DNA of 64,000 nt from an uncultured Chitinophagales bacterium. Lineage in GTDB: Bacteria > Bacteroidota > Ignavibacteria > UBA10030 > UBA6906. The notes beneath the pieces were generated by a model, which saw only the letters and a program-made list of their open reading frames with translations, ran no database searches and was not told the origin of the DNA. Each line of letters begins with the position of its first letter. Position 1 is the stretch's first letter. The translations under genes and the position numbers were made by a program. Below, piece after piece: positions 10,526-20,128 of the stretch. Where the stretch lies: positions 13,899-77,898 of the forward strand of contig CAZIHJ010000001.1 of assembly GCA_964538485.1 (NCBI GenBank). The letters run 5' to 3'.

Positions 10526-11884
10526 ATGGCACATCGCATTCTGGTTGTTGATGACGAGCAGATCATCCGGGAATCAATTTCCTATGTTCTGAAGAAGGAA
10601 GGTTACGAGGTCGAGGAGGCGGAAAACGGCAAGGTGGCTCTTGACAGGATTGCCGAACGATCCTTCAATGTGGTCATTACGGACATTGAAATGCCCGTGA
10701 TGAAAGGGATCGAGTTGCTGGATAAAGTCATGCAGCAGAGTCCCGAGACGATCGTCCTCATTATTACAGCGTACGGTTCTCTTGAAACGGCGATCGCTGC
10801 GCTACGGGCAGGAGCCGGTGATTACATCCTCAAGCCGCTGGAATTTGATGAGTTACTCATCAAACTCAGACGGTTGTTGGAGGCCCGTACGCTGACACTG
10901 GAGAATCAACTGTTGCGCCGGGAGATACAGAGAGAGTTTGACTCATCTCCCATCATCGGGAAGAGTGCAGCGATGAAGCGCGTCTTCGATACGATCATGA
11001 CCGTTGCAGGAACTGATTCGACGGTACTGATCACCGGCAAGAGTGGTACTGGAAAAGAGTTAGTGGCACGTGCTGTTCATTTCAACAGCAGGCGCCGTGA
11101 ACGTTCCATTGTTGCTGTGAATTGTGGCGCCATTCCCGAATCGCTGATTGAAAGCGAGCTCTTTGGCCACAAGCGTGGATCGTTTACGGGGGCAGTATCC
11201 GACAAGATCGGGTATTTCAAGGCGGCCGAGGGGGGGACATTGTTTCTTGACGAAGTCAGCGAGATGCCGGTGAACCTGCAGGTGAAGCTGTTGCGCGCGA
11301 TTGAACAGCGTGAGATCATTCCTGTTGGTACTTCCGTCCCCCAAAGTATTGATGCGAGGTTTGTGGCTTCGACCAATCGCGATTTAAAAAAGGAAGTGGA
11401 GGCGGGACGATTCCGGGAGGATTTGTACTATCGCCTCAATGTTGTGGAAGTACATCTGCCGCCGCTGAGCGAGCGCAAAGATGACATCCCGTTGTTGGCT
11501 GAACACTTTATCGCCAAGTACCGGACAGAACTTCGGAAGGATGTCAAAGGAATCGACAGCGGGGTTATGCGGGCACTCCTCGGTCATGTTTGGAAGGGTG
11601 AGGTGCGCGAACTGAGCAATATCATCGAACGCGCGGTGATCTTCTGCAAAGGCGATTTTGTTACGATGAACGATCTTCCTGAATTTTTTCGCGGCGCTCC
11701 CGAGATAGACCTTTCCGATGACAATAAGTCGCTGCAGCACGCCATGAACGAACTCGAGAAAGTCTACATCGAGCGTGTTCTGCGGAAACATAATTTTGAC
11801 AAGGAGCACACCGCAACCGCACTTGGCATCAGTCTTCCCACACTCTATCGTCGGATTAAGGAACTGGGCATCCCGCACGAGTAG
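10526..11884 (+). CDS. Sigma-54-dependent response regulator (NtrC/AtoC family: REC + AAA+ sigma54-interaction + Fis-type HTH)
   Basis: REC domain (ILVVDDE...DIEMP...LKP), Walker A GKSGTGKE, GAFTGA-equivalent GSFTGA, ESELFGH, and a C-terminal HTH (TALGISLPTLYRRIKELGI). Adjacent to the kinase, so the two form a two-component pair. Confidence 0.9.
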   Translation: MAHRILVVDDEQIIRESISYVLKKEGYEVEEAENGKVALDRIAERSFNVVITDIEMPVMKGIELLDKVMQQSPETIVLIITAYGSLETAIAALRAGAGDYILKPLEFDELLIKLRRLLEARTLTLENQLLRREIQREFDSSPIIGKSAAMKRVFDTIMTVAGTDSTVLITGKSGTGKELVARAVHFNSRRRERSIVAVNCGAIPESLIESELFGHKRGSFTGAVSDKIGYFKAAEGGTLFLDEVSEMPVNLQVKLLRAIEQREIIPVGTSVPQSIDARFVASTNRDLKKEVEAGRFREDLYYRLNVVEVHLPPLSERKDDIPLLAEHFIAKYRTELRKDVKGIDSGVMRALLGHVWKGEVRELSNIIERAVIFCKGDFVTMNDLPEFFRGAPEIDLSDDNKSLQHAMNELEKVYIERVLRKHNFDKEHTATALGISLPTLYRRIKELGIPHE

Positions 11885-12023
11885 TCCTTCTCAATTCTGA
11901 AGCCCTTATCATCCGGCATCTCACGTTTGAGAACCGGTTGCCATTTCTTCCCCTGAAAACATCTCCCACCGTTCGCATTTGCATCAATCTGCGCGTTCTT
12001 GCCCTGATTGTCCGCTCCAATAT

Positions 12024-12040
12024 CGGCACAACGGTTGCAG
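12024..12040 (+). promoter_or_regulatory. Candidate sigma-54 (-24/-12) promoter cGGCACaacggTTGCa upstream of usp gene
   Basis: GG (12025-26) and GC (12037-38) separated by 10 nt, matching the TGGCAC-N5-TTGC consensus in 5 of 6 and 4 of 4 core positions. It lies ~30 nt upstream of the AGGAGG RBS and ATG at 12072, and directly downstream of the sigma54 activator gene. Confidence 0.4.
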
Positions 12041-12071
12041 GAGAACCTGATGGACAACCCAGGAGGAAGCA

Positions 12072-12578
12072 ATGTACATGATCAGAAATATCCTTGTACC
12101 GACCGATTTCTCAGATTTTTCGACGGCGGCTATTGAGCATGCTTCTTCTCTCGCGCTGCTGTACGGCGCAAAAATGCACCTCGTGCATGTGATTGATACT
12201 GTTCCGGTGTTTGGGGCGCCAAATCTTGCGTTGACTGCGGAACCCATGGCCGGAGTCCTTGAGGCCAATGCCCAGGAGGAGATGAGAAAGTTCGTGTATT
12301 GGAAGCTGAAGAACAGCACAAACCTGGAACAGATAATTCTTCATGGTGACCCGTGCCAGGAAGTGGTCAACTACTCCCAGCAGCATGAAATTGACCTGAT
12401 CGTAATTGCCACGCACGGCAGAACCGGTCTTGCTCACATGTTGATGGGCAGTGTTGCGGAGAAGATCGTTCGTCTTTCGTCCGTACCTGTCCTTGCAGTG
12501 AAGCCCACGGAATTGCGCGACAGGGTTTTGACGAAGGAAGACATCGAAGAGGATCTCCATGTCCTCAAACGGGAGTAA
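12072..12578 (+). CDS. Universal stress protein (UspA family)
   Basis: ILVPTDFSDFS...HLVHVID...DLIVIATHGRTGLAHMLMGSVAEKIVRLSSVPVLAVKP is the canonical Usp ATP-binding fold. Strong AGGAGG RBS at 12061-12066. Confidence 0.85.
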   Translation: MYMIRNILVPTDFSDFSTAAIEHASSLALLYGAKMHLVHVIDTVPVFGAPNLALTAEPMAGVLEANAQEEMRKFVYWKLKNSTNLEQIILHGDPCQEVVNYSQQHEIDLIVIATHGRTGLAHMLMGSVAEKIVRLSSVPVLAVKPTELRDRVLTKEDIEEDLHVLKRE

Positions 12579-12588
12579 GTGGAATATT

Positions 12589-13020
12589 ATGCAATCACTC
12601 GCGCACGGTGAAGATCCGGGATCGGAGAGTCGGAGAAATGCCATTGTTATGTACAGCCCCGACGTGGATCTTTGTATGAGTTTTACGCTCTACTTTCAGG
12701 AAAAGTACGACATTATTACAACAACAGATGGGAACTCGCTGCCTGCGCTTGTAGACACGTATCATCCGTCGCTCGTGATTGTTGATGCGCTACCGACAAG
12801 TTGGATCCTGGAGTTATTTGACCGATGGAAAAAAGGGAGTCAGGATATCAGCATCATGCTGTTTCGCGTATGGCGATATGAAGACCGAAAGCGGGAGGCA
12901 ACGATTCATCAGTCTATTGATTTTGTTGTGTACAAGCCAATCGATATTGACTTCGTTGCGCGTGTCATCAATAATCTCCATAAGGCGCCGGGTAGTGAGT
13001 CGGCAGAATCAAGAGTGTAG
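12589..13020 (+). CDS. Hypothetical protein with divergent CheY-like receiver fold
   Basis: ORF 12559..13020; start moved to the ATG at 12589 to avoid overlap with usp. IVMYSPDVDL...LVIVDALP...FVVYKP follows the REC topology, retaining the D and K positions, but is highly divergent. Confidence 0.4.
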   Translation: MQSLAHGEDPGSESRRNAIVMYSPDVDLCMSFTLYFQEKYDIITTTDGNSLPALVDTYHPSLVIVDALPTSWILELFDRWKKGSQDISIMLFRVWRYEDRKREATIHQSIDFVVYKPIDIDFVARVINNLHKAPGSESAESRV

Positions 13021-13055
13021 CCCCCTTCGTGTGAGAACAAAACAGAAGGAGAAGA

Positions 13056-13805
13056 ATGGAAAACGTTACGATGACAGTAGTCGCCGACCGGAGCCCATAC
13101 GGGAGAATGGAGATTCAGAAGTTTCTCCACAGGAACTTTGTTCGCGGGATGATCATCTCCATTCTCCTGCATGCAGTGGTAGTTGGCTCCTACTATTCTG
13201 CACTCGTTCTTGGAGAAGATGACGATAATATTCCGACGATGAAAGTACGTATTCTGAAGTACAGTGATCTCGGTCCGCCTCCCTCCATTTCACAAGCACC
13301 GCTGCCACCTGCAATGGGAGTGCAAGCACCTGTGAAGCCCTCGGTGGGTGTTCCGGTTCCGGTTCCGGATGCCGAGGTGAACCCTGAGCAGACTTTTGCC
13401 ACGCAGCAAGAACTGAGCGCAACTCCGTCCCCGGTGACTGAGGGTTTAAGTAGTGAAGATGGCATTCAGGTGACGCAGGATATTACAATAGAGGATGATC
13501 CGGACATTGATGAGTTTGTTCCATATGAAAAGGGTCCCGTGGTTGTCAAGAACGTAGTCCCGAAGTATCCTGAAATGGCGCTTCGTGCTGGTCTCGAGGG
13601 CACGGTGTGGGTGAAAGTTCTTGTGGATAAGGATGGGAAGCCCAAAAAGGCCGTCGTCCTGAAGTCTGCTGCAGAGATCTTGAATGATGCGGCGTTGGAA
13701 GCGGCCATGCAGTTTGTTTTTACTCCGGCCGTCATGAACAGCGGCGCTGTGCGTGTGTGGGTGGCGATACCGTTCAAATTTCAGATTAATGAAAGCCCAA
13801 GCTAA
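13056..13805 (+). CDS. TonB family energy-transducer protein
   Basis: N-terminal TM helix (MIISILLHAVVVGSYY), a Pro-rich spacer (GPPPSISQAPLPPAMGVQAPVKPSVGVPVPVP) and a C-terminal TonB_C motif (YPEMALRAGLEGTVWVKVLVDKDGKP...VWVAIPFKF). Confidence 0.75.
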   Translation: MENVTMTVVADRSPYGRMEIQKFLHRNFVRGMIISILLHAVVVGSYYSALVLGEDDDNIPTMKVRILKYSDLGPPPSISQAPLPPAMGVQAPVKPSVGVPVPVPDAEVNPEQTFATQQELSATPSPVTEGLSSEDGIQVTQDITIEDDPDIDEFVPYEKGPVVVKNVVPKYPEMALRAGLEGTVWVKVLVDKDGKPKKAVVLKSAAEILNDAALEAAMQFVFTPAVMNSGAVRVWVAIPFKFQINESPS

Positions 13806-13817
13806 GACCAACATCGC

Positions 13818-14198
13818 GTGAGGAAACAGGCAATGCTGACCAACGAACAATATCTCGAAGCGATTCTGGCGCGCGTCTGTCCGAAATGTGTGGACGGGGA
13901 TGGCAAAGGAAACTGCCGGATCTCCAACAACGCTGAATGCGCCGTCAAGCGGTTTCACTCTGAGATTGTCGAAGTCGTTCGCTCCATGTATAGCAATTCC
14001 ATGGTGCCGTACGAGGCAGCATTGAGAAACAAGGTCTGTGGTGCGTGTATCCATCAGTCGAGTGACGGGAGATGTGCTGTCAGGAACGAAGTCGATTGCT
14101 CGTTGGACAGGTACTTTCCGCTGATTGTCGAAACTATCGAAAAACTGGAAGTGAAACACCGTCTCACAAGTCCCGGTACAGGTTGGAGTTTTGAATGA
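13818..14198 (+). CDS. Cys-rich hypothetical protein (two C-x2-C...C-x n-C clusters; possible metal-binding)
   Basis: CPKCVDGDGKGNCRISNNAEC and CGACIHQSSDGRCAVRNEVDC. No family recognised. Confidence 0.45.
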   Translation: MRKQAMLTNEQYLEAILARVCPKCVDGDGKGNCRISNNAECAVKRFHSEIVEVVRSMYSNSMVPYEAALRNKVCGACIHQSSDGRCAVRNEVDCSLDRYFPLIVETIEKLEVKHRLTSPGTGWSFE

Positions 14199-14470
14199 TC
14201 CCGGTGCTTGTCGTCATGAGTGTGGCGGTCTCTTTTGCAGCATTGCTTCTGACATTGCCGGAGTGTATCGCAGTGTACAGGCAATTCACGCGTGGCCATT
14301 TCGTCGAATGTCCGGAGACACACCAACAATCGACTATTGCTGTTTCGGCGGGTATTGCAGCAGGCACATCTGCAATTGCAAAACCTGTTCTTGTAGTCAC
14401 GACATGTGTGTTGTGGCCAGTCAAGTGTTGTTCACGGAGATGCATATCGCAAATTCGAAGTCACGAATGA
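14195..14470 (+). CDS. Small hydrophobic hypothetical protein
   Basis: ATGA start/stop overlap with the preceding ORF suggests translational coupling. Hydrophobic N-terminus MIPVLVVMSVAVSFAALLL. Weak evidence. Confidence 0.3.
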   Translation: MIPVLVVMSVAVSFAALLLTLPECIAVYRQFTRGHFVECPETHQQSTIAVSAGIAAGTSAIAKPVLVVTTCVLWPVKCCSRRCISQIRSHE

Positions 14471-14515
14471 CTCAGAACGTCATTCGACGTTAAACAATAA
14501 AACAAGGAGAACAAG

Positions 14516-14785
14516 ATGGATAACACGACACACCCACCACACAGTGTCTCAGGTGAATATTTCGTCTCCGAAGAATGTGATGGATGCGCTTATTGTGCAT
14601 TGGTCGCACCGGAGAATTTCGACTTTAATAAATCAACCAATACGTATTTCGTTGCCCAACAGCCACGATCAAATGATGATCTGGAGTTGGTGCTGGAAGC
14701 CATGGAAGACTGTCCGGTGAGTGCTATTCGCAAATCGAGTCCGCTGAAAGCATCAATGTACAATATGGAACTTGATATCGAATAG
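14516..14785 (+). CDS. Small ferredoxin (single [4Fe-4S]/[3Fe-4S] cluster type)
   Basis: ECDGCAYCALVAP...CPVSAIR is a C-x2-C-x2-C...CP ferredoxin motif. Confidence 0.65.
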   Translation: MDNTTHPPHSVSGEYFVSEECDGCAYCALVAPENFDFNKSTNTYFVAQQPRSNDDLELVLEAMEDCPVSAIRKSSPLKASMYNMELDIE

Positions 14786-15018
14786 GGCCCGGAATGATAA
14801 TCGAGCGGCATGATCTCCTCATGAATTCATCCGGTCAAATGTTGCGATAAACGCGCATCAATGCCGAATCGAGCAACAATAGCATCAAAAATACACAGTA
14901 TCATTTCTCGCTCTTGCAAAGCCATTCTCAGATTTTAGAATAACTCCCCGCTGGCGTCACAAAGCTCCTCAGAATCCCTAAATTCCAAGATATTACCAGA
15001 GTTTTTCCTGCAATTCTG

Positions 15019-15035
15019 ATGGCACGTATCTTGAC
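15019..15035 (+). promoter_or_regulatory. Possible sigma-54-type promoter TGGCACGtatcTTGAc upstream of PLP-lyase gene
   Basis: TGGCACG is perfect at -24; -12 reads TTGA instead of TTGC. Located ~90 nt upstream of the ATG at 15125. Confidence 0.25.
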
Positions 15036-15124
15036 CTCCCAATATCAGTAATCCATAGGCGGTTTGCAATCCCGATAGCTCCTTCAAACCTGCCTGTTGG
15101 AACAATGACAAGGGGTGAAAATCA

Positions 15125-16480
15125 ATGAAACGAGATCCTGAAGAAAAACAAGAAGGAAGATACTCGGTCGAGGCACATCTTATCTACGGCCAATCCCAGG
15201 ACCCGCGGTGGGATTATAGTCACCATTTGCTCCCGCCCATTTCGTCGTCCGCCACATACAGACTTGATTCCGCCCAGCGGGGAGCTCAGGGATTTACAGA
15301 GTTTGCTCACTCGAATGACGAGGTTCATGTTACCAGCAAAGCCCCAATTTATATTTATGATCGTCTCGGTGAGCCCAACAAGGACATGCTTGAAGAGAAC
15401 CTTGCATACGCTGAAGGCGGTGATATCGCTGTGACCTTTGCCAGCGGCATGGGGGCCATCTCGGCGGTGCTTGGAGTACTGACGGGGACGGGAAGCGAAA
15501 TCCTTGCCCATAAAACACTGTATGGATGCACATACTCACTGCTGACAAACTGGTATCCGCGGCTGAAGATCAAGACGGCATTTGCCGACTTCACGAACCC
15601 GGAAGAAATCAGACGGAGCATTACTCCGCAAACACGGGTCGTGTACATGGAATCGCCTGTGAACCCGACATTGCTGCTCATCGATTTGGCGGCTGTGGTA
15701 CAGGTTGTGAGAGAAGTGAACCAGAAGCGCTCACCGGAAGACAAGGTCTACACTATTGTTGATAGCACCTTTGCCACCCCGTTCTGCCAGCGACCATTGA
15801 AAATCGGTATCGACTTCGTGGTCCATTCGTTGACAAAAGCGATCGGAGGATTTGGTACTGACATCGGAGGAGTTGTCATCGGTCCGCAGTGGAGCAAAGA
15901 CATGTTGATGTTGTACCGGAAGGACTTCGGAGCGGTCCTTTCCGCGAAGAGCGCGTGGCCTGTACTTGTACAAGGTCTCCCATCGCTTGCCGTTCGGATG
16001 AGACAGATGCAGGACACAGCAATGGAAGTGGCGGAGTTTCTCGAATCCTGTCCGGAAATCGAATCAGCCCGCTATCCCGGCCTTCCTTCGTTCAGTCAGT
16101 ATGAACTGGCGCAACGACAAATGCGCGATTATGACGACAACTTCGCCCCCGGTCCGATGATCTATTTCGTGATGAAGGGAGAAGATCCTCACGACTCGTT
16201 GAAGCGTGCAGAGAGATTCATCAATCACATCGCCAAAAACGCGTACTGCATTACTCTGGCTGTTAGTCTCGGTAACATCCGCACGTTGATCGAACATCCC
16301 GGATCAATGACGCACTCCGCCATACCACCGGATGAACAACTTGCCAAAGGACTTGACCCCGGCGGAATCCGGTTGGCGATCGGTCTGGAGAAACCCGGGG
16401 ATATCATTGCAGATCTGAAATGTTCACTCGCGGGGACACGTGTCGATACGCCGGTCGAACTGGCGGACATGGAGCTTTAG
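15125..16480 (+). CDS. PLP-dependent Cys/Met-metabolism family enzyme (methionine gamma-lyase / O-acetylhomoserine sulfhydrylase-like)
   Basis: Cys_Met_Meta_PP signature: ...VDSTFATPFCQRPLKIGIDFVVHSLTKAIGG (the PLP-lysine lies in SLTK), and N-terminal YSRLGNPT-like region (IYIYDRLGEPN). Confidence 0.8.
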   Translation: MKRDPEEKQEGRYSVEAHLIYGQSQDPRWDYSHHLLPPISSSATYRLDSAQRGAQGFTEFAHSNDEVHVTSKAPIYIYDRLGEPNKDMLEENLAYAEGGDIAVTFASGMGAISAVLGVLTGTGSEILAHKTLYGCTYSLLTNWYPRLKIKTAFADFTNPEEIRRSITPQTRVVYMESPVNPTLLLIDLAAVVQVVREVNQKRSPEDKVYTIVDSTFATPFCQRPLKIGIDFVVHSLTKAIGGFGTDIGGVVIGPQWSKDMLMLYRKDFGAVLSAKSAWPVLVQGLPSLAVRMRQMQDTAMEVAEFLESCPEIESARYPGLPSFSQYELAQRQMRDYDDNFAPGPMIYFVMKGEDPHDSLKRAERFINHIAKNAYCITLAVSLGNIRTLIEHPGSMTHSAIPPDEQLAKGLDPGGIRLAIGLEKPGDIIADLKCSLAGTRVDTPVELADMEL

Positions 16481-16511
16481 TTCAACAATCCAAGAATCAA
16501 ATAAGGTATCT

Positions 16512-17846
16512 ATGCACTACAATACGATTTCCCAGACTATTAAACGTCAGTACGAGCGAAAATTTGTTACTGCCGGTGACGCGGTGTCCGTGATCCAATC
16601 CGGCGACAGGGTGTGGATTCATCCGGGTTGTGCCGTGCCGCAGATTCTACTGGATGCGATGGTAGCCAGGTACGAGGAATTGCATGACGTTGAAGTCGTT
16701 CACCTGCTTGGCGTGAATCAGGCTCCATATGTTCATCCGGAAATGAAAGGGCACTTCAGACACAATGCCTTCTTTATTGGAAAGAATGTACGACAAGCTG
16801 TATGGGAAGGGCGTGCAGACTTCACTCCCATTTTTCTCTCGGAGATTCCTGCCATGCTGTACGGCAAACAATATCCGATTGACGTGGCCTTGATTCAGGT
16901 TTCGCCCCCGGACGAACACGGGTACTGCAGCTTTGGCGTTGGCGTTGAATGCACAAAGGCGGCAACAGAAGTGGCGAAGGTAGTGATTGCCCAGGTGAAT
17001 CCCAATATGCCGAGGTCGCTGGGCGACAGCTTCATTCATTTGAATCAGATCGACTATTGTGTAGAAGTTGAGACGTTGCTCACGGAGCTTCCCCAGCTTG
17101 AAGGTGATGAGACGCCGGAAGAGTTGGATGTATATCAGAAGATTGGGGCGCACATTGCCAGTCTGGTTGAAGATGGTGCAACTCTGCAACTGGGGATCGG
17201 TCGAATTCCGGATGCTGTCGTGAAATATCTGGGCGACCGGAAAGATCTTGGTATTCATTCCGAAATGGTTTCGGATGGTATTATTCCCCTTGTTGAAGCA
17301 GGGGTTATCAATAACAAGAAGAAGACCTTGCTTCCCGGGAAGATCGTCACGTCGTTCGTTCTCGGTTCACGCCAATTGTTTGAGTTCGTCGACAACAATC
17401 CGTTGATGGAGTTTCGACCAACCCAATTTACGAACGACCCGTTTACCATTTCGCGGAACAGGAAAATGGTGGCAATCAATTCGGCCCTGGCGGTTGATCT
17501 CACGGGACAGGTTTGCGCGGATTCGATCGGTCAGAAATTCTACAGCGGGTTTGGCGGGCAGGTGGATTTTATCCGCGGAGCGGCAAGGTCCGAGGGTGGC
17601 AAGCCCATCATTGCCCTTCCCTCAACGGCCAAGGACGGAGCCCTTTCACGTATAACAACGAGGCATATGGATGGAGCCGGTGTGACCACGTCGCGGGGTG
17701 ATGTTCACTATGTGGTTACTGAGTTTGGTGTGGTGAATCTGCATGGCAAGACAATCAGAGAACGGGCGGAATCGCTTATTCAGATTGCGCACCCATCGTT
17801 CAGGCAGTCCCTTGAGGAGTTTGCAAGGGAACAACACTACTTGTAG
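16512..17846 (+). CDS. Acetyl-CoA hydrolase/transferase family protein (4-hydroxybutyrate / propionyl-CoA:carboxylate CoA-transferase-like)
   Basis: ORF 16440..17846 trimmed to the ATG at 16512 (MHYNTISQ...). AcetylCoA_hydro N- and C-terminal domains are present (GDRVWIHPGCAVPQ...; SGFGGQVDFIRGAA). Confidence 0.8.
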   Translation: MHYNTISQTIKRQYERKFVTAGDAVSVIQSGDRVWIHPGCAVPQILLDAMVARYEELHDVEVVHLLGVNQAPYVHPEMKGHFRHNAFFIGKNVRQAVWEGRADFTPIFLSEIPAMLYGKQYPIDVALIQVSPPDEHGYCSFGVGVECTKAATEVAKVVIAQVNPNMPRSLGDSFIHLNQIDYCVEVETLLTELPQLEGDETPEELDVYQKIGAHIASLVEDGATLQLGIGRIPDAVVKYLGDRKDLGIHSEMVSDGIIPLVEAGVINNKKKTLLPGKIVTSFVLGSRQLFEFVDNNPLMEFRPTQFTNDPFTISRNRKMVAINSALAVDLTGQVCADSIGQKFYSGFGGQVDFIRGAARSEGGKPIIALPSTAKDGALSRITTRHMDGAGVTTSRGDVHYVVTEFGVVNLHGKTIRERAESLIQIAHPSFRQSLEEFAREQHYL

Positions 17847-17856
17847 GAGACAATTG

Positions 17857-18168
17857 ATGGCACGCGGATCGGTTCAATTTGAAATTGACACATGTAAGGG
17901 ATGTGAGCTTTGTATAGGAGCGTGTCCCCAGGGCAGCATAGAACTCTCCCCGGGGATCAACAAACAAGGGTATCATTATGCCGTCCTTATCAAGGACAAT
18001 TGTACGGGCTGCACAAACTGTGCTCTTGTTTGTCCCGATGCAGTGATTCGGGTGTATCGCGAAGAGAAAAAGAAGAGAGTTCCGGTTGCAACCATTTCCA
18101 ATGTCAAGGAAAACATTACGGTCACCATTACTGATGGTGATCGCGGAACAGTCGGTTCACAAGGGTAA
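17857..18168 (+). CDS. 2-oxoacid:ferredoxin oxidoreductase delta subunit (2x[4Fe-4S] ferredoxin)
   Basis: Trimmed to the ATG at 17857. CKGCELCIGACP and CTGCTNCALVCP motifs. Immediately precedes the alpha, beta and gamma subunit genes. Confidence 0.75.
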   Translation: MARGSVQFEIDTCKGCELCIGACPQGSIELSPGINKQGYHYAVLIKDNCTGCTNCALVCPDAVIRVYREEKKKRVPVATISNVKENITVTITDGDRGTVGSQG

Positions 18169-18185
18169 TTTGAAAGGGGAATACG

Positions 18186-19274
18186 GTGTCCGAGCTTCGA
18201 TTAATGAAAGGAAATGAGGCACTTGCCGAGGCCGCAATCCGCGCGGGATGTCAGGCGTATTTCGGTTATCCCATCACGCCGCAGTCGGAGATTCTTGAGT
18301 ACCTGACGGACGAGGGGCGTAAACGGGGGATGGTCGTTCTTCAAGCGGAGAGCGAAGTTGCCTCGATTAACATGGTGTATGGAGCAGCTGGAGCGGGAGC
18401 CAGGACGATGACGTCGTCATCAAGTCCGGGAATCAGCTTGATGCAGGAAGGTCTCTCGTATATCGCCTGTGCCGAGCTGCCCTGCCTTGTGGTCAATGTC
18501 AATCGCGGAGGTCCAGGCCTTGGGACAATTCAACCTTCGCAGGGTGATTACTTCCAGTCCACTAAAGGAGGCGGTCACGGGGATTACCGCCTGATCGTCC
18601 TTGCGCCGGCAAGCGTTCAGGAGATGGCGGACTTTGTCTATGATGCGTTTGATCTTGCAGACAAGTACCGGACTCCAGTGTTGATTCTCGCTGATGGTGC
18701 ACTGGGACAGATGATGGAGAAGGTGGAGTTCAAGGAATACAATCCGGCGGAACATATCCCGTCAAAACCATGGGCAACGGTTGGCAAGCCCAAGTCACGT
18801 GAGCGCAATATCATCACGTCGCTTCATATTCAGCCTGAAAAAATGGAGCAAATGAATATCCAGCTCCAGGCGAAGTACAAGGAGATCTCGGAACAAGAGG
18901 TCCGCTTTGAGGAGATTCAGACCGAGGATGCCGACTGTTTCATCGTCGCTTACGGGTTGGCTGCGCGGATCGCACATCGCGCAGTGGAGCAGGCACGCGA
19001 ATTGGGTATTCGTGTCGGATTGTTGCGACCGATAACGCTGTGGCCGTTCCCCCAAGCAAAGATCCGCGAACTTGCGGACAAGACCCACGGGGTGTTGGTG
19101 GTCGAAATGAATGCAGGACAAATGGTGGAAGACGTCCGACTCAGCGTTGAAGGAAGAGTGCCGGTCCGGTTTTGCGGAAGAATGGGTGGTGTTGTACCAT
19201 CGGCCGAGGAGATTGTGGCTGCTCTTGAAGCGTTGGACTATGAAGTCGCCAAGGATCATATCGGAGAATACTGA
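18186..19274 (+). CDS. 2-oxoacid:ferredoxin oxidoreductase alpha subunit
   Basis: GNEALAEAAIRAGCQAYFGYPITPQSEI is the POR/KOR alpha N-terminal signature. Start is GTG at 18186 (GGGG RBS) or ATG at 18204. Confidence 0.85.
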   Translation: MSELRLMKGNEALAEAAIRAGCQAYFGYPITPQSEILEYLTDEGRKRGMVVLQAESEVASINMVYGAAGAGARTMTSSSSPGISLMQEGLSYIACAELPCLVVNVNRGGPGLGTIQPSQGDYFQSTKGGGHGDYRLIVLAPASVQEMADFVYDAFDLADKYRTPVLILADGALGQMMEKVEFKEYNPAEHIPSKPWATVGKPKSRERNIITSLHIQPEKMEQMNIQLQAKYKEISEQEVRFEEIQTEDADCFIVAYGLAARIAHRAVEQARELGIRVGLLRPITLWPFPQAKIRELADKTHGVLVVEMNAGQMVEDVRLSVEGRVPVRFCGRMGGVVPSAEEIVAALEALDYEVAKDHIGEY

Positions 19275-19275
19275 C

Positions 19276-20052
19276 ATGGACGCACATGCTTCACAGAATA
19301 TCAATGAGACATTGGAGTGTGTATATGAACGACCGGACACACTCACCGATACGAGGATGCACTATTGCCCCGGATGTGGTCATGGTTCTGCTCATCGACT
19401 GCTGATGGAGGTTGTTGATGAGTTGGGCATTCAGGAGCAGACGATTGGCGTTGCACCTGTTGGATGTTCAGTATTTGCCTATCAGTACATGAACATTGAT
19501 ATGCAGGAAGCAGCACATGGAAGGGCGTCAGCCGTGGCAACCGGCATCAAACGCATTCATCCTGACAAGTACGTGTTCTCATATCAGGGAGATGGTGACC
19601 TCGCCGCAATCGGTACTGCAGAGACCATTCATACTGCAAACCGCGGCGAAAACATCCTTGTCGTGTTTATCAACAACGGTATTTATGGCATGACCGGTGG
19701 TCAGATGGCCCCCACAACATTGCTCGGAATGAAGACGACGACAAGTCCAGCCGGCCGTACTACTGATACGGCGGGTTTTCCGCTCAAGATCAGCGATATG
19801 ATCGCAATGTTGCCCGGTGTGTACTACGTGAGCAGGCATTCTGTGCACACACCGAATGCTGTCCGGCAGTTAAAGAAAGCGCTTACGAAGTCGTTCCAAT
19901 TTCAAAAGGAGAAGAAGGGAACATGCTTCATAGAAGTTGTCTCCAATTGTCCCTCCGGTTGGAAGATGACCCCTCCGCAGGCAAACAAATGGATGGAGGA
20001 GAATATGTTCCCGATGTATCCCCCGGGCGAATTGAAAGCGCCCAAGCCATGA
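19276..20052 (+). CDS. 2-oxoacid:ferredoxin oxidoreductase beta subunit (TPP-binding)
   Basis: Trimmed to the ATG at 19276, which lies 1 nt after the alpha-subunit stop. HYCPGCGHG and GDGD...IFINNGIYGMTGGQ form a TPP-binding motif. Confidence 0.85.
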   Translation: MDAHASQNINETLECVYERPDTLTDTRMHYCPGCGHGSAHRLLMEVVDELGIQEQTIGVAPVGCSVFAYQYMNIDMQEAAHGRASAVATGIKRIHPDKYVFSYQGDGDLAAIGTAETIHTANRGENILVVFINNGIYGMTGGQMAPTTLLGMKTTTSPAGRTTDTAGFPLKISDMIAMLPGVYYVSRHSVHTPNAVRQLKKALTKSFQFQKEKKGTCFIEVVSNCPSGWKMTPPQANKWMEENMFPMYPPGELKAPKP

Positions 20053-20128
20053 AACACCAGAGGAGAACGGAGCGCGGAAATAGCAGCCGCATATTCTTCT
20101 CTCTGTTCAGGATTGAAAGGAAACAGCA

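Noticed and set aside
13446-14159. 237-aa minus-strand ORF overlapping the TonB and Cys-rich protein genes
   Set aside because: Antisense to a recognisable TonB C-terminal domain. It has no motifs and low-complexity composition, so it is a shadow ORF.
16647-17258. 203-aa minus-strand ORF inside the CoA-transferase gene
   Set aside because: Antisense shadow of a gene with clear AcetylCoA_hydro-family motifs.
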